A stretch of 64,000 nt of DNA from a virus. Under the pieces are notes generated by a model, which worked only from the letters and a program-made list of their open reading frames with translations, did not search any database and was not told the DNA's origin. Both the position numbers and the translations under genes were made by a program. The stretch lies in the IMG/VR virus record IMGVR_UViG_3300033064_003894, positions 64,001 to 128,000 of that record; one strand, written 5' to 3'. Below, piece by piece: positions 9,501 to 17,630 of the stretch (its first letter is position 1; each line of letters starts with the position of its first letter).

Positions 9501-12500
9501 GAAGTGGAGGAGAAATAAGAGAAGCAAAGTTTATAAGAAGTAGAGACCTTAAGCCAGAAGACGGAGGATTTTACGACCCTTCAATTACTGGTGGCGCAAG
9601 AGGAGAAAAGTGGTCACACATATCTATTGGAACAACCATTCCTAATCCAATATTTGAAGAGCCTATTAAGGCTGTACTTGGCCTTAACAAGGATAAGTAT
9701 ACAGGTATTATGTCAGGAAAGTATAAAGTAAATGAAGCCGGAGATATAGATGATGATGGCAAGTATTCAGGAGGATTGGCCATTAAACATATGCTTGACA
9801 TTGTTGATGTCAACGCAGAAATAGACTCAATAAGGATAGAGAGCAAGCGTTATGTTGACGAAAAAAACTGGTCTGGCTTAAATCAAGCAAACCGGAAAAT
9901 AAGAATTCTTCTGAACGCTAAAAATCTAGGAAAGCCTCTTGGATCATTGTATACCATATCTAAGATCCCTGTATTGCCTCCAAGATTTAGGCAGATGATT
10001 ATGCTTAGTGATGGGACAATTCAAAACCCGCCAATTAATGAACTATACAGCGCCATAAAGCTTGAGGCTGATGGACTTAATACAGTACGTGACATTGGTA
10101 TAGATACAGAGGAAGAGGTAGTCAAGAGGGGCAATTCTATATATAAGCATGTATCTGCCGCATTCGGCGTGTCAGATCCTGTCTCGTTTGCTCTAAGGAT
10201 GAGAGCTATTGACGGAGGCATATTAAGACAAATTTCTCCTACCGACAAGCAAATGAAGGAAGGTTTTATTGGGAAAAGAATGCTTAACAAGCCTCAGTCT
10301 TTGAGTGGAGGCTCAACAATTATTTCAGATCCGGAGCTTCCTATGGATGAAGTTGGAGTTCCTTATGAGATGGCGAAGCAGATAATGAAGCCATTTACGA
10401 TACGCAAGATGGTTCAGTCTGGTTATACTCCTCTTAATGCCATTAAGGAAATAGAGGGGGACTCTCAAATGGCTCGTATTAAACTTGAAGAGGTTGTAAA
10501 GGAGAGACCTGTTCTAGTAAATAGGCATCCATCTCTACATAAGTTCAACTTCATGTCTCAGTGGGCAAAGATTGTCCCAGGAAGCGCTATTAGGCTTAAC
10601 CCGCTCGTTACTGGCGGGCTGAATGCAGATTTCGACGGGGACTCAATGATAGGAGATATAACGATTGCGTGTAAGTCAATGGCTGGTGTTGACCCGTCTG
10701 GAGGAGTAATAGACCATTCGTATTCAAGCATTGATATTGGAGATTTCCCAAGAAATGGAATAAAAGAAACAAAGAAAAACAAAACAGTATACTTCGTTCC
10801 TCCTGGGATATACGTTCCATCTGTATCTAAAGACGGAGTTCCTGAACTAATGAGGGTTACTGAATACCACGAGCACGATAACTGTGAGGAGTATATAGTA
10901 AAGCTTCATAATGGACACACGATTACTGTAAGTGGAGATCACAGTCTTACGTACTTCAACCCTGAAACGGCAGAGTTTGATAAGGTGTCTCCTGAAAACG
11001 CCTCGCATTTAGTTATTCCTAGGCTTGTTAAATTCAAGTCTACAACAGGTGCCAAGTTCCCAGAGGTCATTGAAAGAGGCGTGGCTAGGTCAGAAATAAT
11101 TTCAACCATTGGATTTTTCTGTGCAATCCTTAGGTTTAACCCAAGGTTAAGAAGCTACTCCTTTGCAAGGCACGCGTTGCTTGAAGAGCGCGTAGACATA
11201 ATCTCCAAATATTATGGTGCAGGGATAGATAAAGGAATATTTGTATGTCGCTTTATAAGTGATTGGATCTCTAAATACATTAACTGCTCAGATGAGCCAA
11301 GAATTCCATCTTACATATTGAGTATAAACGACGATGACCGCGCGGCTTTTGTATCAGGACTGCTTCAGGGTTCATCACTTATCTCCAAAAAAGACGGTCG
11401 CGGAGACATCTTTGAATGTTTTAAAGTAAAGAACTATCTTGGAGACATGGAGATTTTATTTAGGTCAGTTGGCATAGACGCCAATACCTTTATGCAAAAG
11501 AATCAGAATAAGAGAACTCCAGTATATTTTACAATTAATGCATCTACTGGAGACATGAGAAACTTTGTGCTTGACAATCCTGGACTGTTTTCCACACAAT
11601 TCATGGACAGATTTTATAAAACAAAAATATCTGAGATACCGGCAAAGTGTGTGAGTTCTGACATAATGCCTGTGCCGGTATGGATTTCGACGTACATAAG
11701 GTACACGGTTAAGGATAGGATTGACAACGAATCATTCAACAAAATGGTTTACAATGCATACAAGGATGTTCCATACGAGAAGTGGGTCGAGTCTGGAAGT
11801 GAAGTGTGGAACAGAAGAGTTATTAAGTTTTTCTTGGACAAAATGTCTGACGAAGAGATAGCAGGGATACCAGAAAACTTCCGAAGACTTGTGTATAATG
11901 AATCTATACGTTGGGAGCTAGTTGAGAGTGTAACTAAAACTGGACGAAAGATTAGAATGTATGACCTGACAGTTGAAGAAAACAAAAACTTTGTTGACTC
12001 AAAAGGGTATCTTGTGTGGGACACGATGAACATACATGCACCTGTTTCTGATAGAGCAGTGGTTGAGGCAGCGACAAAGCTTCTACCTAGCAAATTTCTT
12101 TATGGACCAGATAGGCATATTCTTCCAATGCCAAGTAACGAGTCAATTCTTGGCATATACATGTTATCTAAGAAGACTCTTAAGGATTCAGGAGAATCCT
12201 ATTCAAGCCTGGATAAAGCAGAGGGAGACTTCCTTAGCAATAAACTAAATATGAATGACTATATTAAGCTTAATGGCAAGAAGACAACCCTTGGAGGTGA
12301 GATTTTGGTGTCTGCCGTTAAGGAAAAGTTTAAAGATAAACTTCGAGCGTCAGACATAGATAAAAAGTATCTGCAATCTTTAGTTACTGAAATATATAAG
12401 GAGTCTCCTGAAGACGCAGCAGAGGCACTTAACAAGCTCAAAGACATTGGATATAAATATTCATATTTATATGGATTTAGCATATCACTTAATGACTTTG

Positions 12501-13909
12501 ATGCTCCTAACGATTTGAGGTCATATACAAAGGGGGTTATGGATTCTTTAGGTGACGACAATAAGAACTCTGAGAAGATGGATATTAAGCTTAGGGGGGC
12601 AGAGACGAAATTCCATAAGTTCTTTGATGACAATAGGCTCATGCAAATGTCCAGATCTGGCGCTAAAGGAAGCTGGAGCAATATTGCTCAAATGCTTCTT
12701 GCCCCTGGATATATGGAAGGAGCCGGAGGAATGATAGGAGAGAATCCAGTAAAGACAGGATATGCAGAGGGCATGTCTCCGTCTGATTATCTTAATACAT
12801 TATATGCAGCAAGAAGCGGCATTGTCAGTAAAGTTAGAGGTGTGGCCAAAGGAGGAGAGCTTGCGAAGAGCGAGGTTCACACAGCTATAGAAATTGTGAT
12901 AACAGAAAAAGACTGCGGAACGATTAATGGAATATACATGGACAGAGACGATAAGTTTATTGTTGGCAGGTTTGACGTAAGAGCTAAAGAGATAGATGAA
13001 CAGTACCTGTCTTCACATAAAGGTAAGCAGATAAAAGTGAGAAGTCCGTTGACATGCGAATCAATAAAAGGACTCTGCTCTATTTGCTACGGAATAAATG
13101 ACCAAGGCGTTATGCCTAAAGTTGGAGATCACGTTGGAATTGATGCTGCTCAAAGTACAACTGAGAGAATCACACAAAGCTTACTTCGAGCATTCCACGG
13201 AGGACGAGGAGCAAAAGAAAAGGGGACGACTGACCTAGCTAAAAACCTTCACAATTTGTTCGGAAAAATGCCGAAAACGTTTTCTGGAGAAGCCCCTGTA
13301 TCTATAGAGCCTGGAGTCGTAAAAAGAATTAATAAATCTCCTGCTGGAGGGTGGGATATATACGTTGACAATGAAAGATATAGAACCAGTGTTGAGGTTG
13401 ACCCCATAGTTTCTGTTGGAGACTCTGTGTCTCGTGGTCAAAAGCTAACTACAGGAATGGAGAATCCTCGTTCAATACTAAGAACTGGAGGATTAATTGG
13501 TGCTCGTCGCTTCATAACTGGTAAAATGAGAGAGATGTATAAGGGAACAGGAGTAGACATGAATCCAGTCCATTTTGAGGTTGTAACTAGGGGATTGACA
13601 GAGCACGCTCGCGTCATAGACCCAGGAGAGAGTCAGTATGAGTATGGAGATATTGACACAATAGCAACAATTGAACACAAAATTAAAAACGGAGAAAAGG
13701 TAAGATATGAACCAATTATGGCTGGAGCAGACAGGATACCTATCTATAGAAAAGATTTCTTATCTCAATCTGCAAGGCGAGAAGGTAAGAGGGGGATTAT
13801 TGAGTCAGCAGCCTCAGGAGCAAAATCAGAGTTGCATGGCGTAAATCCATTAAACTCCTGGATGCTAGGAGAGTTTAGGCCGACTATAGGTGATGGTGGA
13901 GTATACTAA
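6515..13909 (+). CDS. rpoBC: multi-subunit-type DNA-directed RNA polymerase, beta-beta' fusion, with intein
   Basis: beta motifs GYNFEDG, GDKIATRYGGKG, NPHGLPSRLN, YYMKLKH (to ~9442); beta' motifs PVLPPRFR, NRHPSLH, NADFDGD, SGAKGS, DCGT, VRSPLTC..C..CYG, trigger-loop AAQSTTERITQSLLRAFH. Confidence 0.95.
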   Translation: MRLEKFKAHVEKAISDSLTDISVGSGQKISFTGVSMPDAKYGISEEIKAKMTGSSYGIPVRASFETLDEETGEKEKKTVQIFKLPMRTNRGTFIWNGNEVNIKNQYRRRPGVYTYYSQADGGLYSSNFNMSKGRAKFSKKVRVVINPETLKYELRLGGSKFEIYPILRAYGMSDSEISGIMGKDLYDANYIDDYEKVIRKLAKFRTGKEYKNIDDASKDIVSEFSEISFDGGINEYTLGKDFSSINKDFWGKVIVKLRDVAAGKKDPDDPDASYFREYLEPEDNIIEAINSTAASISSKIKQRRGKSNIGRILQNINFDKEVNNLFTTGSLKDIRDQSNPVDWYTGLDSLTIYGPGGISGALSVTEGMRRLQPTLLGFSDPVNTPDDGDKVGVVLYKTTGAVIKDRKPHIKVKDKSGKTVVLPIIDFYHQKIGIGDYSQKGKIDLIFKGSATTGLSTDVKYFIPEEYLFSHTSNLIPMISSTYGVRANVASKQMGQALPLKDAEEAFVQSEYAKNKKAKYLQEGLDMDEYGNVRSVSNGVVDSVSKTSGKITIRMDDGKKVTHDVPTHYPLNSESFSHNNIVVSSGDEVKKGQVIAESIFSRNGGLAIGKNLRTAFLPYKGYNFEDGFVISEGASQKMTSLHMHKFEVSLGGGVRAGKRLYVSVFPNKAALIKLDNYDDSGSLKEGALVSYGAPVILAIENRDLTPQQATIASFNKTMASLIQPKDVSPIYEVEFPSKVVRAYKDNKRIIVMIESEEPMVEGDKIATRYGGKGIVTKIVPDALMPASESGEPVEVLFNPHGLPSRLNSSQIVENALGKVSEKTGKKFFIPGFSKESFIDIAKRELSAAGLSDEETLIDPETGKRLDRVGVGNMYYMKLKHSVRKKLKSGDVGEYDTIFEQPKKTERNTARGIDGLSLYSLLASGARANLADMASVKANRNDEFWRALQMGMPTPSPKDLTTTKYFTSLLTGIGLNVNKTKDFLSIYPATDSDIERRSGGEIREAKFIRSRDLKPEDGGFYDPSITGGARGEKWSHISIGTTIPNPIFEEPIKAVLGLNKDKYTGIMSGKYKVNEAGDIDDDGKYSGGLAIKHMLDIVDVNAEIDSIRIESKRYVDEKNWSGLNQANRKIRILLNAKNLGKPLGSLYTISKIPVLPPRFRQMIMLSDGTIQNPPINELYSAIKLEADGLNTVRDIGIDTEEEVVKRGNSIYKHVSAAFGVSDPVSFALRMRAIDGGILRQISPTDKQMKEGFIGKRMLNKPQSLSGGSTIISDPELPMDEVGVPYEMAKQIMKPFTIRKMVQSGYTPLNAIKEIEGDSQMARIKLEEVVKERPVLVNRHPSLHKFNFMSQWAKIVPGSAIRLNPLVTGGLNADFDGDSMIGDITIACKSMAGVDPSGGVIDHSYSSIDIGDFPRNGIKETKKNKTVYFVPPGIYVPSVSKDGVPELMRVTEYHEHDNCEEYIVKLHNGHTITVSGDHSLTYFNPETAEFDKVSPENASHLVIPRLVKFKSTTGAKFPEVIERGVARSEIISTIGFFCAILRFNPRLRSYSFARHALLEERVDIISKYYGAGIDKGIFVCRFISDWISKYINCSDEPRIPSYILSINDDDRAAFVSGLLQGSSLISKKDGRGDIFECFKVKNYLGDMEILFRSVGIDANTFMQKNQNKRTPVYFTINASTGDMRNFVLDNPGLFSTQFMDRFYKTKISEIPAKCVSSDIMPVPVWISTYIRYTVKDRIDNESFNKMVYNAYKDVPYEKWVESGSEVWNRRVIKFFLDKMSDEEIAGIPENFRRLVYNESIRWELVESVTKTGRKIRMYDLTVEENKNFVDSKGYLVWDTMNIHAPVSDRAVVEAATKLLPSKFLYGPDRHILPMPSNESILGIYMLSKKTLKDSGESYSSLDKAEGDFLSNKLNMNDYIKLNGKKTTLGGEILVSAVKEKFKDKLRASDIDKKYLQSLVTEIYKESPEDAAEALNKLKDIGYKYSYLYGFSISLNDFDAPNDLRSYTKGVMDSLGDDNKNSEKMDIKLRGAETKFHKFFDDNRLMQMSRSGAKGSWSNIAQMLLAPGYMEGAGGMIGENPVKTGYAEGMSPSDYLNTLYAARSGIVSKVRGVAKGGELAKSEVHTAIEIVITEKDCGTINGIYMDRDDKFIVGRFDVRAKEIDEQYLSSHKGKQIKVRSPLTCESIKGLCSICYGINDQGVMPKVGDHVGIDAAQSTTERITQSLLRAFHGGRGAKEKGTTDLAKNLHNLFGKMPKTFSGEAPVSIEPGVVKRINKSPAGGWDIYVDNERYRTSVEVDPIVSVGDSVSRGQKLTTGMENPRSILRTGGLIGARRFITGKMREMYKGTGVDMNPVHFEVVTRGLTEHARVIDPGESQYEYGDIDTIATIEHKIKNGEKVRYEPIMAGADRIPIYRKDFLSQSARREGKRGIIESAASGAKSELHGVNPLNSWMLGEFRPTIGDGGVY
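10643..12022 (+). mobile_element. intein (460 aa) in RNAP beta' directly after NADFDGD; Ser1...Trp-Asp/Thr+1; degenerate LAGLIDADG region
   Basis: Removal restores NADFDGD-TMNIH (cf. NADFDGDQMAVH); block B TVSGDHSL; block F MYDLTVEENKNF. Confidence 0.88.
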
Positions 13910-14610
13910 TGTTTTCAGAAAAACTTATAACAATTGCATGCGATGGAGACGACTTAGGTGTTCAGTGCAGAAACACATATGAAAGCCTTTGTGAGGCGCT
14001 TATAGATGACTTTTGGTTTGTAGTTTTGCCAAAAAATGAGAATCAAGCCTATCAACTTAATAGTTGGACAAAGAACAAGAATAACATAATTATTGCAAAT
14101 CATAATGAAGGCGTAGGTGGATATGTAGACAGGAATATATTTTTTGAGTACTTTCCTAAAAATAAGGTCTATACGCACATAATATCTGGTGTGATTGCAT
14201 CAGACGCATATTTTCAATTCTGCATATCTAAGCTTGAGGATAAAACAGTCGGAGCCGTTGGAGGAATAGGGTATTCCGCTCATGGAAATTGGGAGAGCAT
14301 AGAGGGAAACATGGTTCTTCCTAAGCATCTTTGTCACGTTCTGGATGACGCCCTTTGGTCATGGAAGAATACAGGATATAGGTATGGACCTCCGTTCCAG
14401 AGTCTTCCAGGTGGACACTATGATCATCAGATGCATCTCCACCAGCTTGGTCTAAATCTATGGTCTGGGCCATCAGAGTCTATAATAATGCTTCCAGAGG
14501 GATATGACATAATGGAAAATAATGATGAGTCGGTAAAGTATTTAGAAGACACCTGGAGAGATAAGATAGAGTTCCTTTTCCCGTCAGATGTAATGGAAAC
14601 GTACTCATGA
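13909..14610 (+). CDS. glycosyltransferase-like protein (GT2-like, degenerate)
   Basis: NEGVGG..RN and DKTVGAVG patterns of GT2; no clear DxD. Confidence 0.45.
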   Translation: MFSEKLITIACDGDDLGVQCRNTYESLCEALIDDFWFVVLPKNENQAYQLNSWTKNKNNIIIANHNEGVGGYVDRNIFFEYFPKNKVYTHIISGVIASDAYFQFCISKLEDKTVGAVGGIGYSAHGNWESIEGNMVLPKHLCHVLDDALWSWKNTGYRYGPPFQSLPGGHYDHQMHLHQLGLNLWSGPSESIIMLPEGYDIMENNDESVKYLEDTWRDKIEFLFPSDVMETYS

Positions 14611-14933
14611 TAGAGATGTCATTAATAGAGGTAGCCTTATCGATAATAGCGTCAGTAGGTATGACTATAATCATAACGCAAAGCACGTTATTTAAGAAGC
14701 CAAGAGACATCGTGTTTGCAAAAACAGTGATGCCATGGAAAACATTTCTTATGTGTCCTATATGTATAGGGTTCTGGGCAGGCATTATATCTTTTTCTAT
14801 TTTAGGAAAAAATTTTTCTATATTTGATATGTTCCTATATGGGTGCGTAGGGTCTGGAGTAAACCACTTCGTAGTGCTATGGAATAGGTCCATCATATCT
14901 GACTCACCCTCTAAATGTGGAAAATGCCAATAG
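14607..14933 (+). CDS. small membrane protein (DUF1360-like)
   Basis: Hydrophobic helices with FLMCPICIGFW. Confidence 0.6.
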   Translation: MIEMSLIEVALSIIASVGMTIIITQSTLFKKPRDIVFAKTVMPWKTFLMCPICIGFWAGIISFSILGKNFSIFDMFLYGCVGSGVNHFVVLWNRSIISDSPSKCGKCQ

Positions 14934-15277
14934 ATGCATCTACTAGAGAGAGAGTGTTCGAGAGAGCATATTGGAGGTGTGAAATGTGTCATTCTCTTGG
15001 TAAGCCCTATAACCAATTAGAGATACACCATATCGTAACCAAGGCAAGAGGTGTTGGGTGGACCTTCCTTAATCATGAGCTAAACCTATGTCTTCTATGT
15101 CACGGGTGTCACATGAATGTCCATAAGCAGGGGATAAAGCAGTGGCTATCTAAACGACCTCCAGACGTTTGCTATCAATGTGATCAGGTTCTGGTTCCGC
15201 TTGAAGACAGTCGTGGGGTTGGGTGCCAAGAATGTAAAGAGGTACTTTTTCAGACTGTTCATTCTTCTTTATTATAA
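14915..15277 (+). CDS. HNH endonuclease
   Basis: RERVFER..RCEMC, EIHHIV, NLCLLCHGCH. Confidence 0.85.
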   Translation: MWKMPIDASTRERVFERAYWRCEMCHSLGKPYNQLEIHHIVTKARGVGWTFLNHELNLCLLCHGCHMNVHKQGIKQWLSKRPPDVCYQCDQVLVPLEDSRGVGCQECKEVLFQTVHSSLL

Positions 15278-16412
15278 ATCTTGTGATAGCTGCGAGTATT
15301 TTTGTGTTAGGATGTATGCCGCATAAATTTATTAAATCAGGTATATATTTTGAAAATCTAGATACGCTGTGCACATCGGAAGAAAGGATATAAACAATTC
15401 GTCCAGAAACAACATTTGAGAATTCGAAAGAGTCTCCGCTGTATAAGTTATTTATCTCTCTTAGCGCCATAGCTCTTGTTTTATCTATATAAGCTTTAGT
15501 GCATTTTATTCTAACCGTAGTGTTTAATCCTAGCACTGGTTCTTTCCTATTTAGCTCTGACTTAAATATTCTTGTTTTCTTGCCGTTAACAACAAGTTTA
15601 TACCTATATGAAAGTTTACATATTGAATTAATTAGTATTTCTACAAAGTCATCGATGAACTTAAAGTCATTGTAGAAAATCTTGATGTAAATGTTATCAA
15701 TGTATCGTATGTAATTTATTGAAAGCTTTTTTGGATACTCAAACTTATTGTCAATTCTACGTAGACGATCAAAAAGTCGACTTTTAATAGAAGCTGAAAT
15801 GTACTCTCCGGAAGTTAGTGAATATTGGGAGTGCATAGCCTTTGGACACGATGACTTCTTACTAATCTTCTCTCCATTTATTGTTATTTGAGTATCAGAA
15901 GTAGAAGCTTCTAGTCTAGACAGACAAGACAGTATTATGCAGTCAAAGCCTTGAAGGTATATATTGCTAATGTCTTGAGACATAGCGCTGCCCTGTGAAA
16001 GAACTCTAACGTCGTTCCCTACAAAAACAAACGCATTGTCGACAAAAGTGATTAAATTTTTGTGTTTAGAGGCGAAGCAGTCATAAAAGATTGAGTGATA
16101 AAAATTTTTAAAGTCAAGTCCTATAAGTACACTTTTATCTCCTTCATCAACCGGGCTTCGTTTTGTTATCAAAGACAAGACCAGAGCCTTCATATTTGTT
16201 CCACCAAAAGGATATCCAAAAACAGACTTCTTTAAATTAACACTCGTGTTATGTAATGAGTCGGAGCCATCGAAGATAAATCCTCTAAGCGCCCACAGTT
16301 TTTCATAATGGTCGTTCGTTGTACCAAAGTCGTGAACTAATCGGAAAGAGCTTTTATCTTTTTTTGGTATAAGAACGGCTCTAGGTAATACTCTTTTTGA
16401 GCCTTCTTGCAT
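15150..16412 (-). CDS. retron-like reverse transcriptase with non-canonical YIDN active site
   Basis: IPKKDKSSFRLV, LDFKNFYHSI, LSQGSAMSQDISN, YIRYIDN (YIDN at 15693-15704), NGKKTR, VLG. Confidence 0.85.
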   Translation of the reverse strand: MQEGSKRVLPRAVLIPKKDKSSFRLVHDFGTTNDHYEKLWALRGFIFDGSDSLHNTSVNLKKSVFGYPFGGTNMKALVLSLITKRSPVDEGDKSVLIGLDFKNFYHSIFYDCFASKHKNLITFVDNAFVFVGNDVRVLSQGSAMSQDISNIYLQGFDCIILSCLSRLEASTSDTQITINGEKISKKSSCPKAMHSQYSLTSGEYISASIKSRLFDRLRRIDNKFEYPKKLSINYIRYIDNIYIKIFYNDFKFIDDFVEILINSICKLSYRYKLVVNGKKTRIFKSELNRKEPVLGLNTTVRIKCTKAYIDKTRAMALREINNLYSGDSFEFSNVVSGRIVYILSSDVHSVSRFSKYIPDLINLCGIHPNTKILAAITRFIIKKNEQSEKVPLYILGTQPHDCLQAEPEPDHIDSKRLEVV

Positions 16413-16433
16413 TAGTGTATTATTCCGTATAAA

Positions 16434-17630
16434 ATGACAATATTAATGGGAGCACCCCAGGTACCGTCGTCGTCATACTCTAGCACACATTTTGGTGTTG
16501 TTAAGGGGCCATATACAAGAAATAGCGAGGACTCTAAGTCTCAAGAGTATACAGGACTGTATTGGGTATCTATAGACACAGCAAGTGGCACCTCTATAGA
16601 TAGGGTCTGTATGGTTTCTTCTACGTCATACAGCTACTCGCAAGGTGTAGGAATGTTCAGGCTGCCCTCTCCAGGAGAGTCAGTTTTGGTTGCAAGGACA
16701 GTAAATAATCAATTTTATATTATTGGCGGAACGGCACAAAGGACTATAGGAAATCTTGACTCTGCCATACCAAAATTAGGATCTCCTCTTAAACCAATTT
16801 CAGAAAATGAGTTAATTATAGTAGGGAATAGAACTGACTTTCCTCTTAGCCAATCATATATTAAGTTTAGCAAGTCTGGAAGCATACGTATTCAGGCAGG
16901 CGAATATCCTAAAATAGTTCTATCTAAGTCTAAGGGAGAGATAGAGGAATCTTCTTACAGGAAAACTACGTGGACAAGGAGTGGATATGAAAAATGGGGC
17001 GTTGATGGGTCAGTGTCTTATGGGATACGTGAGCCAATGAAGGCTCCAGCGAAATGGGAGCGATACGTAAGAACTAGAGAGGCTGACAACTCTGCACCCT
17101 TTGTTCATACTCAAGAGGGGGACCTTGAAGGAGACAGGGATATACTGACTAAGGTTGACGCAATTATTTTCTCAAAGAACGTAAATAATAAATCATTTTC
17201 AATATCATATAAGAGCGGCAAAACAGTAATGGGCTTTGGAGCCATTGGTTTGCCATCAAATGGACTTGTTAGGCCAAAGGTTACGCAAATGCAATCAATT
17301 ATTGACAGCTCGTCTTCAAGCATTACTATCAATCCTGATCTAAATAATATGATTTTAAGATCTTATGATATAATTATTAGAGGCGGTAGGACCAGCTCAG
17401 ACAGAACAGGAAAAGTAACAATAGAGGGCCGGGAGCTCTCTGTACAAATGACAGGACCAATATCAATACGTGGCACTTCGGAAATATTCATAAGTGCCCC
17501 AAACATTAGGATGTCGTCTAACGTAATTGTTGATGGCACACTAACGGTTAACGGTACGGCTAATGTAAATGGCACAATTTTATGTTCTGGTCCTGTTTTT
17601 GGGAATCCGTGCACTTGGACACCTAATTAA
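16434..17630 (+). CDS. baseplate spike/hub protein (gpV/Gp5-like)
   Basis: OB-fold signature GMFRLPSPGESVLV; C-terminal beta-helix-like repeats (VIVDGTLTVNGTANVNG). Confidence 0.7.
   Translation: MTILMGAPQVPSSSYSSTHFGVVKGPYTRNSEDSKSQEYTGLYWVSIDTASGTSIDRVCMVSSTSYSYSQGVGMFRLPSPGESVLVARTVNNQFYIIGGTAQRTIGNLDSAIPKLGSPLKPISENELIIVGNRTDFPLSQSYIKFSKSGSIRIQAGEYPKIVLSKSKGEIEESSYRKTTWTRSGYEKWGVDGSVSYGIREPMKAPAKWERYVRTREADNSAPFVHTQEGDLEGDRDILTKVDAIIFSKNVNNKSFSISYKSGKTVMGFGAIGLPSNGLVRPKVTQMQSIIDSSSSSITINPDLNNMILRSYDIIIRGGRTSSDRTGKVTIEGRELSVQMTGPISIRGTSEIFISAPNIRMSSNVIVDGTLTVNGTANVNGTILCSGPVFGNPCTWTPN

Noticed and set aside
7093-13678. Numerous antisense ORFs within the RNAP and other long genes
   Set aside because: Shadow ORFs opposite well-supported genes, with no motifs
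15150-17630. Diversity-generating retroelement (RT has an SQ motif and neighbours a tail gene)
   Set aside because: No TR/VR pair differing at adenines and no Avd-like gene found by eye; the N-terminus is retron-like. A self-alignment of the full genome would settle it
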